Shown one piece after another: positions 19,901 to 29,285 of a stretch of DNA of 64,000 nucleotides. A program made the position numbers and the translations under genes. The stretch comes from a virus. Each line of letters starts with the position of its first letter. Position 1 is the first letter of the stretch. Under the pieces are notes generated by a model. That model was not told the DNA's origin and ran no database searches. It saw only the letters and a program-made list of their open reading frames with translations. The stretch spans positions 1 to 64,000 of IMG/VR virus record IMGVR_UViG_3300050821_012250. One strand, given 5' to 3'.

Positions 19901-20149
19901 GTTGTTCACGACGCGCTTGACCATCGCACGCGTGTGATTGATGGTCAGCGTCGGGCGTCGGGAGACCTTGCGCTGATTGTAGATGTCCGTGGGCCATTGC
20001 TGGCCGTCTTCGAACTCGAGATCGATGACCGCGGCCTGGCGGTTCGCGCCTTCGGACTGTTCTGCGATGCGCAGGCGTTCGGAGGCTTCCTGGAAAATTT
20101 CGTCGTTGCTGGTTGCAGGCTGGTGAGAGCCTGACGGAATTACGGGCAA
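16952..20149 (-). CDS. P22-like portal protein containing an intein (727 aa after splicing)
   Basis: DLEFEDGQQW, RPTLTINHT, GMVRDLID..RMVNYW, SGKALRARQ, NDLTVGRYDVVMDTGPGFETKR. Confidence 0.92.
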   Translation of the reverse strand: MPVIPSGSHQPATSNDEIFQEASERLRIAEQSEGANRQAAVIDLEFEDGQQWPTDIYNQRKVSRRPTLTINHTRAMVKRVVNNMRMQRPRIKVHPVGDGADVDLAQKIGGLIRHIEQRSEGATAYDIGGESAVKMGWGYWRILSEYIAEDSFEQELKIAPIRNPFTVYMDPGSILPAGEDAEWCLITETMKRSEFERKYPEEAETEWRDGGQGDMSLEWRTKEEIRLAEYFRIVKKKDTLVKLTSGESVYLSQMKEGQQIAKNLRGDEIRRPAYRRQLEWHRLNGSTVVESVDLPGKWIPVVRCEGNVMDLNGQIRRKGMVRDLIDVARMVNYWRHLSLDTPLPTPTGWTTMGEVKSGDMLFNEHGKPCKVLGKSPIYVHKDCYRITFDDGSQVIASGEHEWPVEQRGPRNAHSFEWLRKSVLTKDLQPRKDYIYVTAPLDLPKIDLPLDPYLLGVWLGNGTAVSTSICHGKDDVEEMRKHLSDCGYSVGPCHKQKDETKAPTFSVYGIRQILIEEGLLGRKHIPQKYLRASHEQRLALIQGLMDTDGSVSAAGQCSFTNINLQIVQGLAELLRSIGIKAIVIKRAARLCEMPGGYQSKCSESYQFSFTTRKPIFRMARKLAGLGKRPEQIRRTHRHRIDKVERIASVPVQCLAIDSPSHLFLCGEAMIPTHNTCETEVIALAPRAPWVGTTNHFDGHPEWNDANQVPYSKLTYTPDFIEQPDGSKTPLPPPQRVEPVAVPAGFVQAAESALKDLMILAGMPHEPGQDAPGQVVSGKALRARQALSDIGHFQYYDNQTKSICHTGRIILDLIPYYYSEARMQRIIGEDGVPEVVGINQPQDPNEGGAGAELPLLGQPPIDPAVAKIKNDLTVGRYDVVMDTGPGFETKRMEAVDSMLDLMRTPLGEPVVKVGADLVVRNMDWPGASDLADRLAPLTPQGLDKAIKSLPKQAQGIVTAMQQQLQQAQQEIQGLQQELKLKTNIENNWIALEKYKVDQQTQVKANDAALKAHTSAMDTHTKAQASIAVAEIGATGKIIDSHVQGGHAKEAAEVAAEHAAEKAEKAEK
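18131..19144 (-). mobile_element. Class 3 (WCT) intein with LAGLIDADG endonuclease, 338 aa, His at position 1
   Basis: Block A HLSLDTPLPTPTGW, block B ASGEHEW, block C PYLLGVWLGNG, block E LIQGLMDTDG, block F VQCLAIDS, block G IPTHN/T. Confidence 0.9.
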
Positions 20150-20156
20150 TCAATTC

Positions 20157-20408
20157 TCACTTGTTGAACCAATCATTCGGCCTCGGCGACCGGCCCGTAG
20201 CCGTGCCGCCGTAGAACTGCGGGAAATACCAGGGGGGTACCTGTTGCGTCGTATGCAGCGCCAATTTATGGCGCGGTCCACGCGGCGTATTCTGCGGTAA
20301 CCCGATACCGCCTCCGTTGATCAGACACGCGTCATCGGCGGTCCAGTCGGTGGAATCCGCCGTAATCAGCGTGTTGTCGGCGGTCGGAATCGCGAGCGGA
20401 GTCGTCAC
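20157..20408 (-). CDS. Small hypothetical protein (TADxTxITAD motif)
   Basis: GTG start overlaps the upstream TGA. Confidence 0.45.
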   Translation of the reverse strand: MTTPLAIPTADNTLITADSTDWTADDACLINGGGIGLPQNTPRGPRHKLALHTTQQVPPWYFPQFYGGTATGRSPRPNDWFNK

Positions 20409-22333
20409 CCGATGTAATCGATCAGGCAATAAAAGTTGGTGAAAATGCTCGTGCGCGTGATCGTATCAAGCACTTTGATCGTGCGCGCCAGATCGGTTGT
20501 CATGACGAAATTCGGCGTCACGGTGTACATGGAACTCGCCGGCACCGGCGTTGCGGAATTGGAGCCCGAGACGGTGCCCAATACGGTTGGCGTCGCTTCC
20601 TCGGTCTGAATCGAGTAATTGTAGGCACCTGAGCCGCCGCTCGCCACCGGCAACCACCAGCGGATGCGCGTGATCATGGCATTCAGCGGCAACCGGATCG
20701 CAAAACTGCCGCCATTGGACGGCCAGTCGCTGTTGGCGCTGACGAAGGATACGACCTTGGTATCCGTCGAGCCGCCGACGCCGATATTCCAATTCACATC
20801 CGAGTCGACAACCTCATGCCAACCCACCGCGCTTGCATTGTTGCTGTTGCGACAGTTTTTGAATCGCGCGATGGGATAACCGCCCTTGTTGCCGGAATTC
20901 GTAACCGTGATGAAGTTGGCGGCGGAGTTATTCTGCAGCAGTGTGCAGGATTCATAGCGTACCGAAGACTGATAATTGTAGTTGTTGCTGTTGTTGTCGT
21001 AGTTATGAACGCCAGATAGCTGACTATCGCGGAACGTAATGATTGGTCCCGGTTGATTCACGAAATTGAAATTGCACAGCACATCGCTCGGCGAGCGACT
21101 GCCGACCTGCGAGGACTGATCCAGATTCATGAACGTGATGTTGCCGTTGTTCCAATTGGAATTCATCAGCAACGCGAAGTCCGTCGCATGTTCAACGCGC
21201 AGTCCGTTCACGCGAAACTGTTGGACACCCTGCGCGTTCGGCGTGCCCAGCAGATTGAACAGATAAGTCGTCGAGGTTGGTCCGAAGGCTGAGACATCGC
21301 AATCGTCAATATTGAACTGGCCGCCATAATAGGAATAGATCCAGGGCGCCTTGGTCGACCAGAACTTGCATTTGGTGAACCAGAAGTTCAGGAATTGATC
21401 GGTACCATTGGCGCCCACGGCCGTACCGTTCGCATTCGGGACCAGCGGCGATCCCATGAAGCTTGTCGCGATCTGAATATAACTGCCCGTCGCGGCGACA
21501 ATGAAATACGTCGTATTGGCCACAATATTGCCGACCGTCGTCCCGAAAGTCAGCGTCTGACCGACCGCGAAACCGCCATTGACGTTCGTAAAAGCGAGCT
21601 GTGAATTCGATGCCGTGACCGTGAAAGTCTGCGACTGCGGCAAATACATCCAATTGGCCAGTCCATTCGGACAGGTGACGAAACACCGATCGAAACGCCA
21701 TTCACTGTTATTGTTTCCGCCCGAGAGCAGGCAGATATTCTGCCAGGTTCCTCCCCATCCGCAATCGGAGAAGTTGAAATACTGGATGTTGGACAGTCCG
21801 CCCTGCTCAGAGGACTGATAGAAGTCACTCGTCGCGGAATTGCCGTAGAAGAAAATGCCTTCCCACTGCACATTCTGGATCAGGCGGTTGTAGCAGAGCG
21901 GTCCCGGCGTCGCGGGCGAGTAATTGATGATCGTCAGGCTCTGCCCCGCACCGACGAACTTCAAACCATCCAGTTTCAACGTGGGGCCATTGGTGAGCCC
22001 CGGCATCATCGCGTAGGCCTGATTGATATAGTACACACCAGGACCGAAGGCGACCACCGCATAGGTGCCATACGCCGAGCCGCCGGGCTGCAACGTCGGA
22101 TTCGAGACGGCCCTTGAATAGGCGATGCTCAGATTGAGCGTATCCAGAAAGCCGGTCTGATCGCCGGTGGGCGATAGAATCGAGCCCTGCAGCCCCACGA
22201 AAGCCTGCGCGCTGCCAATCGCAGTGTTGAGCGCGTTGAAGTTGAAGTTGCATTTCGAGAATGCAGCTTGAATCGGATCGCCCGTGGTGTCATTCGCGAA
22301 AGTCCCGATGTTGATGACTTCGAGGGCGGTCAT
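20405..22333 (-). CDS. Putative beta-helix spike or depolymerase-like virion protein
   Basis: N-terminal INIGTFANDTTGDPIQAAFSKCNFNF (T4 gp9/gp10-like N-motif); VAFGPGVYYI..GLKFVGAG followed by Asn-rich beta-helix-type repeats. Confidence 0.65.
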   Translation of the reverse strand: MTALEVINIGTFANDTTGDPIQAAFSKCNFNFNALNTAIGSAQAFVGLQGSILSPTGDQTGFLDTLNLSIAYSRAVSNPTLQPGGSAYGTYAVVAFGPGVYYINQAYAMMPGLTNGPTLKLDGLKFVGAGQSLTIINYSPATPGPLCYNRLIQNVQWEGIFFYGNSATSDFYQSSEQGGLSNIQYFNFSDCGWGGTWQNICLLSGGNNNSEWRFDRCFVTCPNGLANWMYLPQSQTFTVTASNSQLAFTNVNGGFAVGQTLTFGTTVGNIVANTTYFIVAATGSYIQIATSFMGSPLVPNANGTAVGANGTDQFLNFWFTKCKFWSTKAPWIYSYYGGQFNIDDCDVSAFGPTSTTYLFNLLGTPNAQGVQQFRVNGLRVEHATDFALLMNSNWNNGNITFMNLDQSSQVGSRSPSDVLCNFNFVNQPGPIITFRDSQLSGVHNYDNNSNNYNYQSSVRYESCTLLQNNSAANFITVTNSGNKGGYPIARFKNCRNSNNASAVGWHEVVDSDVNWNIGVGGSTDTKVVSFVSANSDWPSNGGSFAIRLPLNAMITRIRWWLPVASGGSGAYNYSIQTEEATPTVLGTVSGSNSATPVPASSMYTVTPNFVMTTDLARTIKVLDTITRTSIFTNFYCLIDYIG

Positions 22334-22523
22334 TTTGGCTCACAGCCTGCGCGGTAAGTCCATTCGATGGATTCGCGAACATGTTTGCAGCTTCGGCACT
22401 CAACCGTGCCGTCGTGATGCAGGAAGAACAACTGACTGCTGCACGGGCATTCAAAGACCCATTCCGGGCGCTTGATCTGGAAGTCGTGCTCGACTACATC
22501 GCCCAAGAAGGTCTCCTGAAATG

Positions 22524-22547
22524 AAAACGCCCCAGTCAAGGGGCGTT
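22524..22547 (-). terminator. Possible Rho-independent terminator
   Basis: AACGCCCC-ttgact-GGGGCGTT followed by TT. Confidence 0.4.
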
Positions 22548-23137
22548 ACGTTGAATGAACGGGATATCTCGGGCCAGCGCGGTCGCCTGCCTCCCGTGGG
22601 GCGCGCGTGATTCAAAAATAATCGCCCGATACTCGCCTCGGTGCTGGGAAATAGCTCATTTGACAAGGGTGACGGACTGGCAGGCGTTGCCTATCCTTGG
22701 TACCTCAGATCCAGTCCGCTCCGGATTTACCTCAATCAAACCAATTCATTCATTTGGACGCCCGATCGGCTTCGCATTTGGGAAATGCTCCTTGAGTAGC
22801 TTCCTTCCCTGCGGATCATCCAGCTTTTCAGGATAGTCCTGCTTCAGCCCCGAGCACATCTCGCAATCCTCAGCGCCCACTTCAGGATCATCGATCTGGA
22901 AATTACACCAGATATGATGCTTCATCGCTGAGATCCGGGCCAGCGGTCGAAAGCAGCCCGATATTGGTGCGCTTGTTCCGTTGGCTTATTTACGAGTGAA
23001 GTGGGGTTTGCAAAAGCCATCTTCTCCCTCAATATCTTCAAATCCTCCAACAGCTGAGCGTATTTCGCTTCCAGATCGACAATGCGTTTCTGGTGAGATT
23101 GAAGCTTTTGCTCGAGCTGCTGGAGGGGGTTCAAGGG

Positions 23138-23701
23138 CTATTCCGGCGATGGACCATTGATGCCGCCTGCGAGGCCCGCAGACGCATCAACAGCAGACGG
23201 CACTTCAAGGCCAGCTACTCCGTTGGCCTGATGCAAAGCCTGATTCAGATCGCCGTTTGGGGGCCATGCATTCTGAAATGCCGATCCTGCCAACAGTTCC
23301 GCGCTAGTTGCCTGAAACTGATACCCCGTGGTATTCGGGACATTTTCGGGCTGCGCGGCGCTCAGCGTGACTTCCGGCACAACCACCGGTTGAGGCAATT
23401 TCTCGCCCGTGATGCCGATCCATTGCCGGAAGGCCGCGACCGTTTCGGGGCCGACAAACAACAGCAGATTTCCATCGTCAGTGACGATAAAGTCGTTCGC
23501 CTCAACCGTTTCGCCATCGGTGTAGCCATCATGCATGACGGTTTTCACCGTGTACCGATAGAGTGATTGAACAGGCTCGGGCGCAGATTCAACGACGGGA
23601 GCCGCATTCTTCCGCGGCCTTCCCGGCTTGCGCTTCGCAGGCTCGGAAAATTCAAAGGATTCGGCGACCTTGCGCGGTCGGCCAGGTTTACGTTTCGCCA
23701 T
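23138..23701 (-). CDS. Protein with two AT-hook-like motifs
   Basis: KRKPGRPRK occurs twice at the N-terminus. Confidence 0.6.
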   Translation of the reverse strand: MAKRKPGRPRKVAESFEFSEPAKRKPGRPRKNAAPVVESAPEPVQSLYRYTVKTVMHDGYTDGETVEANDFIVTDDGNLLLFVGPETVAAFRQWIGITGEKLPQPVVVPEVTLSAAQPENVPNTTGYQFQATSAELLAGSAFQNAWPPNGDLNQALHQANGVAGLEVPSAVDASAGLAGGINGPSPE

Positions 23702-23750
23702 TTTATTTACTCGACAGTGGTGACAGGAAAGGGAATTTTAGCAGCAATTA

Positions 23751-23909
23751 TTAGGCCGCTTCGCGCTTTTTCTTTTTGGCTTCTCTATAAGAATTGTAAG
23801 CCACAGCCGCGCGCTGCTTTTGATCGGGAAAATCCTTGTTGGCTTTCTTCGATCCCATGTATTTCGAAATAAACGCCGACAGTTTTTCTCCTTTTTGAAC
23901 TTCGGGCAC
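23751..23909 (-). CDS. Small basic phage protein
   Basis: GTG start after GGAG; GEKLSAFISKYM...FPDQKQRAAVAY. Confidence 0.5.
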   Translation of the reverse strand: MPEVQKGEKLSAFISKYMGSKKANKDFPDQKQRAAVAYNSYREAKKKKREAA

Positions 23910-24658
23910 GCCTATTCTCCCCTCCGCTGCCCGCGCCATCCGCGCACATTGGTCGCATCGCCGCCATCGGGAATCGACGCGCGAGCTCCATTCGGGCCAC
24001 CGACCTTGACGGCCGGCTCGGCGCGTTGCGGCTGAGTGCCGGGAACGACATCGATCTGATTGACCGGCGGTGGCCGATTGCCGAGGACCTGAGCGCAGGT
24101 TTCGGCGCCGGTCGACTTGGTCGGCATCGGCCGCTGAAAGCCGGAGGAGGTGTTTTCGCGGTCGTAGGGGGTGCCGGCGACGCCGATCAGCATGGGAGTC
24201 TCCAGGATTGCACGGCACGACTCAGGACGGCGCGGCGTGCGAGTTTGCGCTGGGCAGCGCGTGAAATAATGTCGGTTCGGGGACGAGGGCGCGGCTGAAA
24301 AGGTCGCGGAATCATCGGAATGCTGGACGGCCCATCAAGCCTAAGTGCATGACGCGCTTGAACTTCGTCTGCCAACTCTTCGATTTCGTGTTCCACGGGC
24401 ACGTTTCACAAACCGCCGAATTACTCCTTCAGCGTCCCGCGAATCACCGACTTGTCCGGATGCTCTTCCGTCATCGTAAAACGTACGCCACCGGACTCCG
24501 CTCGCCCGGGCGAACCCACCTGAAGGGCACCTTCCTGCTCAATATCGGCCACGGTCTCGGAGCCGCGTCCGCCCTTGGTATTGTTGGACAGCGCGGCCGA
24601 CTCGGCATTCTCGTTCGGGGTCATTCGCATGGGAAAATCCTTTGAATTGAGCGCCCGC

Positions 24659-25126
24659 TCAGGACGCAGAGACAGTTTTGCACTCTATCCGACGTGTACT
24701 CTGAATCTTCTTTCGGCGCAAGGGCTTCGGTCGCGTTCCAAAGGCCGAAAGTCCCGGATACCGCCGTAGCAGTTCTGCGCGAGCTCGTGTCACACGCATG
24801 CGTAAGGCACTGACAGATAAGCCTAAAATGCTCGCTTTCTCATCTGGCGACCAATAGCCGCCGCTGTCTTTCATTTGTACGGCATACCACACAAAAAGGG
24901 CGGACTGATGCGTCAGCGGAAGCGTTAATTGACAGCAGTGGATGAAATAGACCGATTTCGACATGTCGGCGCAGAGAATTCGCGAACCTGGCGGCTGATC
25001 GGAGAAAATCATGCTGAAGGCTGCTTGCTGCGGTAATACAGCGTCCTCGCAATGACGTTCCTGCCACGCGCCCCAGTCGCGCAGAAGGCTGTCCAGGTGG
25101 TCGTATTCCGCTGAGGTATGGGCCAT
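24659..25126 (-). CDS. Q-like late antiterminator or transcription regulator
   Basis: LDSLLRDWGAW N-terminus and C-terminal HTH KASILGLSVSALRMRVTRAR. Confidence 0.55.
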   Translation of the reverse strand: MAHTSAEYDHLDSLLRDWGAWQERHCEDAVLPQQAAFSMIFSDQPPGSRILCADMSKSVYFIHCCQLTLPLTHQSALFVWYAVQMKDSGGYWSPDEKASILGLSVSALRMRVTRARAELLRRYPGLSAFGTRPKPLRRKKIQSTRRIECKTVSAS

Positions 25127-25132
25127 AGCGCC

Positions 25133-25546
25133 TCAGCTCGTTGCCAGCGTCAGCGCCTCAATCGTCACCCCTGTCGGCGGATCCGGGATTGCCGCCGTAG
25201 CGGGGATGACCTTGGTTCCGACCGGTGACAGCGCCGAGCAACCGGATGAATCACAGGTCGTGACATACACATACACCGTCTGCCCCGGCAGCGCCGGAAA
25301 ATTCCCCGCCGCGCTGGTTTGTCCGGGTGCGGCGGTAAACGTCGGCGTCGTCGGTGCGACCGTCAACGGCGATGTACTGGCATAGACATTGGACACCGTG
25401 ACCGCGTTCACGCCCGTAAGCGGCTGCGCGCCGGAGGCGGAGGTTGTGGTCGTCGGCGCAGTCCAGGAGACGCTGAGATAATAGGCGGTCTGGGCGTGAG
25501 CGGGGCTCAAGGCGGCGAGGGAAAGCAGGGCGACTAGTTTTTTCAC
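25133..25546 (-). CDS. Secreted fibronectin-III-like protein
   Basis: Signal peptide MKKLVALLSLAALSPAHA; VSWTAPT..VY..VYVT..SALS..PDPPTGVT. Confidence 0.6.
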   Translation of the reverse strand: MKKLVALLSLAALSPAHAQTAYYLSVSWTAPTTTTSASGAQPLTGVNAVTVSNVYASTSPLTVAPTTPTFTAAPGQTSAAGNFPALPGQTVYVYVTTCDSSGCSALSPVGTKVIPATAAIPDPPTGVTIEALTLATS

Positions 25547-26491
25547 GACAACTCCTCAAATATTTGAAACCGCGCAGTATAGCGCTCACGACGGCGATCC
25601 AATCGGGCGATCAGCCGTTCGATGGCGCAAATCCGACACGAACTCGACGGATGGCTTTCATACGGCCGATGTTTTCTCATCGTCCCCATGCCCGCGCCAC
25701 AATGGCAATTGCCGAAATCACGGCCGTGGGATTCCCATTCCCGACGCCATCGCTTTACCATCATCGGCCGATCCAGTTGAAACCGCTGCACATTCGCTCC
25801 CTTTGCTGCGGGCAGGATCGCCCGGAGTCATGGAGCGCGGATGCTCGCCACAGATGGAGCATTTAAAAACGTCATGGGCAATGACATAGACCTCGAAGCC
25901 GAACTCACAGAACGGGCAGGCGGCCGAGCCGGCGTTGATGGCTTTCTCGCGGCGGTCGCGGAGGAGTTCTTCGATCGTCATGACCTGATGAATTCCTTAA
26001 GATTGCGGCGTAAATTATCAACGTCGTCGACTTGCTTACCGAGCTTTTCCGCCTCCTCGTACCAATGGGTCCAGTTTTTCTTGGCAGATGCCAGTTGTGA
26101 AACGAGAACGGACTTGTCTGCTTCTAATTGCTTTATGATTGCCATCAATTCATCGGCACGCGCAGAAGGATGGCTGCTCAATTTGTTCGTCAACGCCGCG
26201 ATCGTCTCGCGAGCCGCAGCCAATTCCACTTCCAATCCGGCAATCTCTCGTTTGTAACACGGAGGAGCAACTTTACGCGCGGCCTTCTTTTTCATTTTTC
26301 CTCCACTTCGGTCGGTACATCGCGCCACTCGAAGGTTTCCCGAGTGAACAACTTTGATATCGGATCATAATGTCTGATTCGACATCGCTGTTGGAGCGCT
26401 CTCGTGCGAACCGCCAGACCACTCATCGGACCCGCGCTTTCTCGATCTAGAAAGCGAAGTTGTGCCATTGGTTCTACTTCGAAAATAGCTT

Positions 26492-27298
26492 TCATTTCGC
26501 GCGTATCACCATGCCGATCAGATCATTTGATAGCATTTCATGCCGTTCAACCCTTCTATCGGTCCAAGTCTCTTCGCTGTTTTCAGCTGTGAGCCACAGT
26601 GGGGACTCTTCCAATACCGCAACAATATCTTCCTCACGCATCACCAACAATTCCTCGCCGTCTATCTGAATCTGAGTACCGAGACTGAACCAGATGCGAT
26701 CTCCGGCTTTCACATCGAGCGGAACGACTGCGCCGCTTTCGAGAAGCTTGCCGGGACCGATTGCAATGATCTCGCCACGCAAATAAGGCTCGCGCTCCGT
26801 ATCTACAATCTGGATGCCACCGCGCGAAACGGTCTCGCGTTCCAAGCGCCTCACAATCACGCGATCGTGTAGGGGGCGACTCTCGCCAGTTTCGGCATCG
26901 AATACAATCGCCACATCGGCTTCACGTGTCGAAATGATTACGTCTTTGCCGCCCCAGAGCACACGAGTGAACAAATATCCGTTTAATTCGAGGCCGCCAA
27001 GATCGACGACATCACCGGGCTGAATATCACACGGGGTGAAGTGTTTTGAGTCCCACGACTTCGTGCGCTTGCCTTTCGGCCCGTCATATCGCTTCTGGAA
27101 ATGACCGGGCCCGACAGCCAATACTTTCCCGCGAACTGGCTGACCCCGATAAACCAGCTCCATCATCGTCCCATGATCGATATCCAGCGGCTCAACGACG
27201 ATATGATCGCGCAGACAGCGGATGGTTTCGTCTTCGCGGACAAAGGTTAACAGGGCGTTGGACACGCGGACGCCGCGATCGATGAGGGGTTGGTTCAC
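26492..27298 (-). CDS. Tandem double GroES (Cpn10) domain co-chaperonin
   Basis: Domain 1 IRCLRDHIVV..GKVLAVGPG..DIQPGDVV..READV; domain 2 RPLHDRVIVRR..GGI..GEIIAIGPGK..PLDVKAGDR..DGEELLVMREEDIVAVL. Confidence 0.88.
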   Translation of the reverse strand: MNQPLIDRGVRVSNALLTFVREDETIRCLRDHIVVEPLDIDHGTMMELVYRGQPVRGKVLAVGPGHFQKRYDGPKGKRTKSWDSKHFTPCDIQPGDVVDLGGLELNGYLFTRVLWGGKDVIISTREADVAIVFDAETGESRPLHDRVIVRRLERETVSRGGIQIVDTEREPYLRGEIIAIGPGKLLESGAVVPLDVKAGDRIWFSLGTQIQIDGEELLVMREEDIVAVLEESPLWLTAENSEETWTDRRVERHEMLSNDLIGMVIRAK

Positions 27299-27479
27299 TT
27301 TTCAGTCTTCTTCAGCAACAATAAATTGTGATGAATCTTGTCTAAAGCCATCCGTAGTGTATCGCCATCGCCAGCATCAGGCGCCGATCCAGAATTCACT
27401 ATTTCCGCCTTCACGCCAAGAAGCTCAACAAAATCGTCGTTGATCTGATGAATTTTGTCGCGCGTCGCGTCCTGTAAAA

Positions 27480-27758
27480 TCACTTCTGAATCCTCCGCGC
27501 CGCCGCCTCCAGCTCAAAGCTCTTCAGCTCCTTAAAGCTCATGCCGCTGAGTGACGGCATGACCTGCAACTGCTCCGGTAGAAACTTCTCGCGCACGTAG
27601 GCGCGCTCCTCGGTCTCAAACCATTGGCAGATCACATACGCCTTGCGCTCGATCTCATAGCCGAAGAGTTTGAAGCTGTGAGCTTCCTGGGAGCGCTCGA
27701 TGACCATTAGAGGGCCACCGGATTTCAACTGGACCACATCACCAAGTTTCATGGACAC
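27480..27758 (-). CDS. YodC/DUF2158-like protein with a scaffold-like C-terminal tail
   Basis: GDVVQLKSGGPLM..CQWF..F.PEQL followed by SGMSFKELKSFE. Confidence 0.75.
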   Translation of the reverse strand: MSMKLGDVVQLKSGGPLMVIERSQEAHSFKLFGYEIERKAYVICQWFETEERAYVREKFLPEQLQVMPSLSGMSFKELKSFELEAAARRIQK

Positions 27759-29285
27759 ACTCCTTCAATTTCATTTTTTAATTGAATCAGCCGCTCGCAT
27801 CTAAGATCATTCCAGCAGATGCCGGACATTCGCGTTTATCGAGTGGCGTATGGCTTTCATGCCAATAGCCCGAAGTCACGCACCAGGTAAATTCGCAATA
27901 GATACATTTTCTGCATGCCATTGCATCATATTCTGAATCGCATATTGCCCACGCATCGCTCCAGCGATGATTCGTCAATCCAGATTGCGGATAAATAGAT
28001 GTCATTTCGTCCCCGCCAACCATCGATCCCGCGCTCGACTCAACTCGCGCCAGACTTCCAATGGATAGCCGCATTCGTGCATGCGGTGCTCATGCCAAAG
28101 AATGAAGGCGTCGCGTTCTTGGCGGGTCATTCTGTTTCCTCATTTGCCGAAGGCGGAATGATTGTAACCAGCGGCCATACTTCTCCCACCGCAATGAGCC
28201 TTTTCTCAGGATCATCATGAATATCAGTAATCGCTATCCAAACTGCTTCAATTGATTCAGCGACATAATACAAGCGGCATTGCTTGATTTCTGTTTCGGA
28301 AATACCGGGCACCTTGATGGTGCGGCCGTCTTGTTCGTATCTGACTTCGAAAAGTTTCATGCTTTGACTAACGCGAGTTTCACCGCGCCCTTCACGTTCG
28401 TTGTTGGATCAACCAGTGCGTCTAAATCGGCTACGCGGAGCATCCCGAGCTTAAAATGGTCTCTCGTCCCTCCACACTTCTCATGTCGTTTGAAGAACTT
28501 CTCCGCGACACGCTTCTCGGCGCAGTTTTCGTACTGGCCATCGGTGCGGGAAGCGTAAAGCAATGCATCCGACGCATTGGCGCCACAGACCGTGCATAGA
28601 ATGTAGAGGCTGTTGCCGAGGATCTGGGGAGTGCGGGAGTTTTCGGTCACGGATGCCTCTCAGGAATGCCATGCAAGGCACGCAAATATCGTGTCGCGCG
28701 TTTGCGCTTCTCCATCATTAGTCTTTCAATTTCAGGCTGCGCCTGACGCAATGATTCTTCGGGTGTGACCTCATAGATAATCGTGAAGGGCCAGAAGAAT
28801 GGCAGGCATTTGCGATGATACAGCAGATGATAGATGTAACCGCGCCATTTCCATGTCAGGAATGCGGCCGACGGCGGAGGTCCAAACCATTGCATCACGG
28901 CTCAATCCTCAACAGCGCATATCCTTTCGGCAGCAAATGCCATGGCACTTTGCCGCGCGCCAGAATTATAGACCTGCAGGTATCGCAGATTTCGAAACGA
29001 TAAATATTCTTCATGCCGAAGGTTTGTTGGAAGCGTACTGCACCAGGTTTGTTGTGTTTGCATTTCAATTGCTTCGCATTGGGAATTGACACCAGCGGCA
29101 CAGGCGGCTCCGGATCTTCCTCCACAATCGTCTCATCAGACTTTACCAGTCCCTTGGCGCCATCTTTCGAGATGGAAGAGCCTGCAATTTCCCACGGGCA
29201 TGATGAATCCGCGCGGCGATATAAGCTCCACGCATAACCGCCCCAGACGTTGGGATCGAACCGGATCGCGACTTCAGTCCCGGTG

